DNA from: Podarcis melisellensis
Taxonomy: Eukaryota
DNA length: 64,000 nt
Assembly: GCA_964234715.1 (NCBI GenBank)
Contig: OZ174282.1
Direction: 5' to 3' (one strand)
Below, one piece after another: positions 62,014-64,000 of this stretch. Under the pieces are notes generated by a model, which was not told the origin of the DNA, did no database searches, and saw nothing but the letters and a program-made list of their open reading frames with translations. The number at the start of each line of letters is the position of its first letter. The first letter of the stretch is position 1. The translations under genes were made by a program, and so were the position numbers.

Positions 62014-62087
62014 GAGCGACCGTGCCCGATGGATCAGGGCATTGATGCACAGGGAAGACAAGGAGAAGGACACTGCCAACAAAGGAG
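62014..62087 (+). CDS. ARHGEF16: ARHGEF16 coding exon 12 (PH end); gene continues beyond window (SH3 exons absent)
   Basis: tggcag|G...GGAG|gtacaa; SDRARWIRALMHREDKEKDTANKG; 74 nt. Confidence 0.93.
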
Positions 62088-62098
62088 GTACAACTTCA

Positions 62099-62099
<1 letters not shown>

Positions 62100-62129
<30 letters not shown>

Positions 62130-62143
62130 CTTCTTCTTCTTCT
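62100..62143. repeat. (CTT)n microsatellite
   Basis: About 14 units, starting 13 nt after an exon donor. Confidence 0.95.
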
Positions 62144-62316
62144 TTGAAAATCTTGCGCTTCTCTTAAAAAGAACTTGCTGTATTTATGCAGAGGTGAATT
62201 GAGTATTGAATCATGGCTCTAAAACAGGACTGGAGCGCCTTCCCTCCACCCCCTTGTTGATGGATTCTAAAGTTGTCATTGGGCTGGATTAAGTGGTTGC
62301 ATCCAGTGCTGTGCTT

Positions 62317-62485
62317 ATAGAATCATAGAACTGTAGAGTTGGAAGGGACCCTGGGAGTCATCTAGTCCAACCCCCTGCAATGCAGGAATCTCAACCAAAG
62401 AGCCCCAAACAGATGACCATCCAACCTCTGTTTAAAAACCTCCAGTGAAGCAGAGTCCACCACTTTCCCAGGGCGTCCGTTCTAT
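62317..62485 (-). mobile_element. CR1 LINE 3' end (similar pieces at ~37547, 39677, 45634)
   Basis: ATAGAATCATAGAA tail followed by GTTGGAAGGGACC..TCATCTAGTCCAACCCCCTG. Confidence 0.85.
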
Positions 62486-63522
62486 TTAAAGGTACACTGG
62501 TTCCACTGGCAAAATCCTTTGCAACTGTGGAATGTTGTTGCCCAAGAGAACATTTAAGCAGGTTTCTAGAGTGCACAACAAGCTTCTTCTTCTCTTGTGC
62601 AGTATTAAAACTTGCCTTATCTGCGACTGCAAAAGCCCTTGTTCTAGTGGATGGAGATCACTAGGTATAGCCTATCCTGAGGCCCTAAGCCCAGGGGTAA
62701 CCAACATGCTGCCCTCTGGATATTTTTGCTGGACTACAACTCCTATCATCCCTGACCATTGACCGTGCTGGTTGGGGCTGATGGGAGGTGTAGTCTCGTG
62801 ATGTCTGGAGGGCAGCACTTTGGCCGTGCCTGTCGCAAGCTATTAGCATCATCATCATAGTTATTATTAACATTGTTGTTAGCAGTGTTAGCATTTATCG
62901 GTTGCTTTTTCCACAAGAGGTGACCCAAAGCAGCTTACAAAATGGTGCAAATGTTAGGCCCGATGTATAAAAACCAGAACCAAATGAAAACCTAAAGCCA
63001 CCTGTCCATTTTATATATAAAAGGCAGGTCAGACACAGAGCTCCCCACCCCACTGGAAGATTTTAAAAAAATGGAGCCACAAGTAATACCTATTGTCCTC
63101 CAGATGAAGGGCCCAAATCATGGATTAAAATAAAAGTCTTTTGCCTGGCACCTAAACATAGATGATGTCTCAAGTTACAGTTTTAGAACCAGTGCTGTCT
63201 GGATGTTCCCACCTGCTTCCTCAAAGAGCAGGCGAATGTTCTGGGGTAGTTTTGAAGCCAGCCTGAAGGTGCTTCTCACTGCAAAGGATCAAAAGAATCT
63301 GGGAGTATTCCAACCCCTTACCTGAAAGAGGGGAGTCATTCAGGCAGGTCCGGTTCTCTGCAAGGGAGGGTGTTGGTCTTGGCTCTGCCCCTTTAAGAGA
63401 TGCCTTGCTCTCTGTTCTCCCTGATCTGAGGGGAAGGGGGGAGGACAGTGCTAAACAAGGAATGTGGCTTTTTCCACCCTTGAGTGCAGAGAGCAAAAAT
63501 CCAAAAAGGAACTGAGATTAGT

Positions 63523-63536
63523 GCTCCCTCTGGTGG
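63523..63536 (-). promoter_or_regulatory. Candidate CTCF site
   Basis: Reverse complement CCACCAGAGGGAGC; motif only. Confidence 0.45.
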
Positions 63537-63706
63537 TTCATGAGGAGTTTGGCTGTCTAGGGAAGAGCTCAGTTTGAGAGAATATAGCAAGTTGAATTTC
63601 TGTTGTTGCGAATGTTCAGTGTTTGCAGGAAATGGGGCACTTTCATGTTTTCATTCCGCCACCCCCAGGATGCTGCCTAATGCTGAGTCTGCCCTTTGGT
63701 CCATCT

Positions 63707-63850
63707 AGCTCATAGCTCAGTTGGTGGAGCATGAGACTTTTAATCTTGGGGTCATGGGTTCGAGCCTCACTTGGGCAGAAGGTTCCTGTGTTGCAGGGGT
63801 GGACTAGATGATCCTCAGGGTGCCTTCCAACTCCACAGTTCTATGATTCT
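63707..63850 (+). mobile_element. tRNA-Lys-derived SINE with CR1 tail (other copies 52764-52907 +, 4871-4985 -)
   Basis: TAGCTCAGTTGGTGGAGCATGAGACTTTTAATCT..GGGTTCGAGCC head resembles tRNA-Lys(CTT), fused to a CR1 3' end ending TTCTATGATTCT. Confidence 0.85.
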
Positions 63851-64000
63851 GTAAGGTGCAGTGTGGCTCTTCAGGGTTACAAGCCTGCCTGGACTTGCTT
63901 AGGGATTGAACCTGGGACCTTCTGCATGCAAAGCATCTGCTCTGCCACTGAGATGCAGCCCCTCCCTTTGTTGGCAGCAGGCTAGGCAGGAAGCCAACAG

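Noticed and set aside
63707-63780. tRNA-Lys-like sequence (also 52764 and 4930)
   Set aside because: Degenerate stems and direct fusion to a CR1 tail identify it as a SINE head, not a tRNA gene

Overview
This is vertebrate genomic DNA, almost certainly from a lacertid lizard, inferred from its Sauria/POM-type SINEs, Squam3-like SINEs and BovB. It holds two protein-coding genes, both on the + strand. (1) The last six exons of PRDM16 (equivalent to human exons 12-17: zinc fingers 8-10, acidic domain, C-terminus; stop at 18560-18562), followed by an inferred ~11.3 kb, TE-invaded 3' UTR ending near AATAAA at 29820. (2) A CpG-rich promoter at ~33.7-34.9 kb and twelve coding exons of ARHGEF16/Ephexin-4 (ATG 40759; N-terminus, DH and PH domains; the SH3 exons lie beyond the window). 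All splice junctions are GT-AG and reading phases join without stops. The rest is a dense TE landscape: three or more SINE families, BovB/L2/CR1/RTE-X/L1 fragments, Tc1-mariner and hAT MITEs, several of them nested with readable target-site duplications. There is one 154-N assembly gap. I see no prokaryote-style system such as CRISPR or an operon, and no convincing novel gene. The best leads are regulatory: a splicing module at PRDM16 exon 16, a miR-133 8mer site in an ectotherm, a hAT MITE carrying TTAGGG repeats, a repeat carrying a CTCF motif, a perfect palindrome beside an ARHGEF16 splice donor, inverted SINEs around the ARHGEF16 start-codon exon, and an unusual Leu-to-Asn change in the DH catalytic motif. 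Homology statements rest on recalled sequences, not on a database search.
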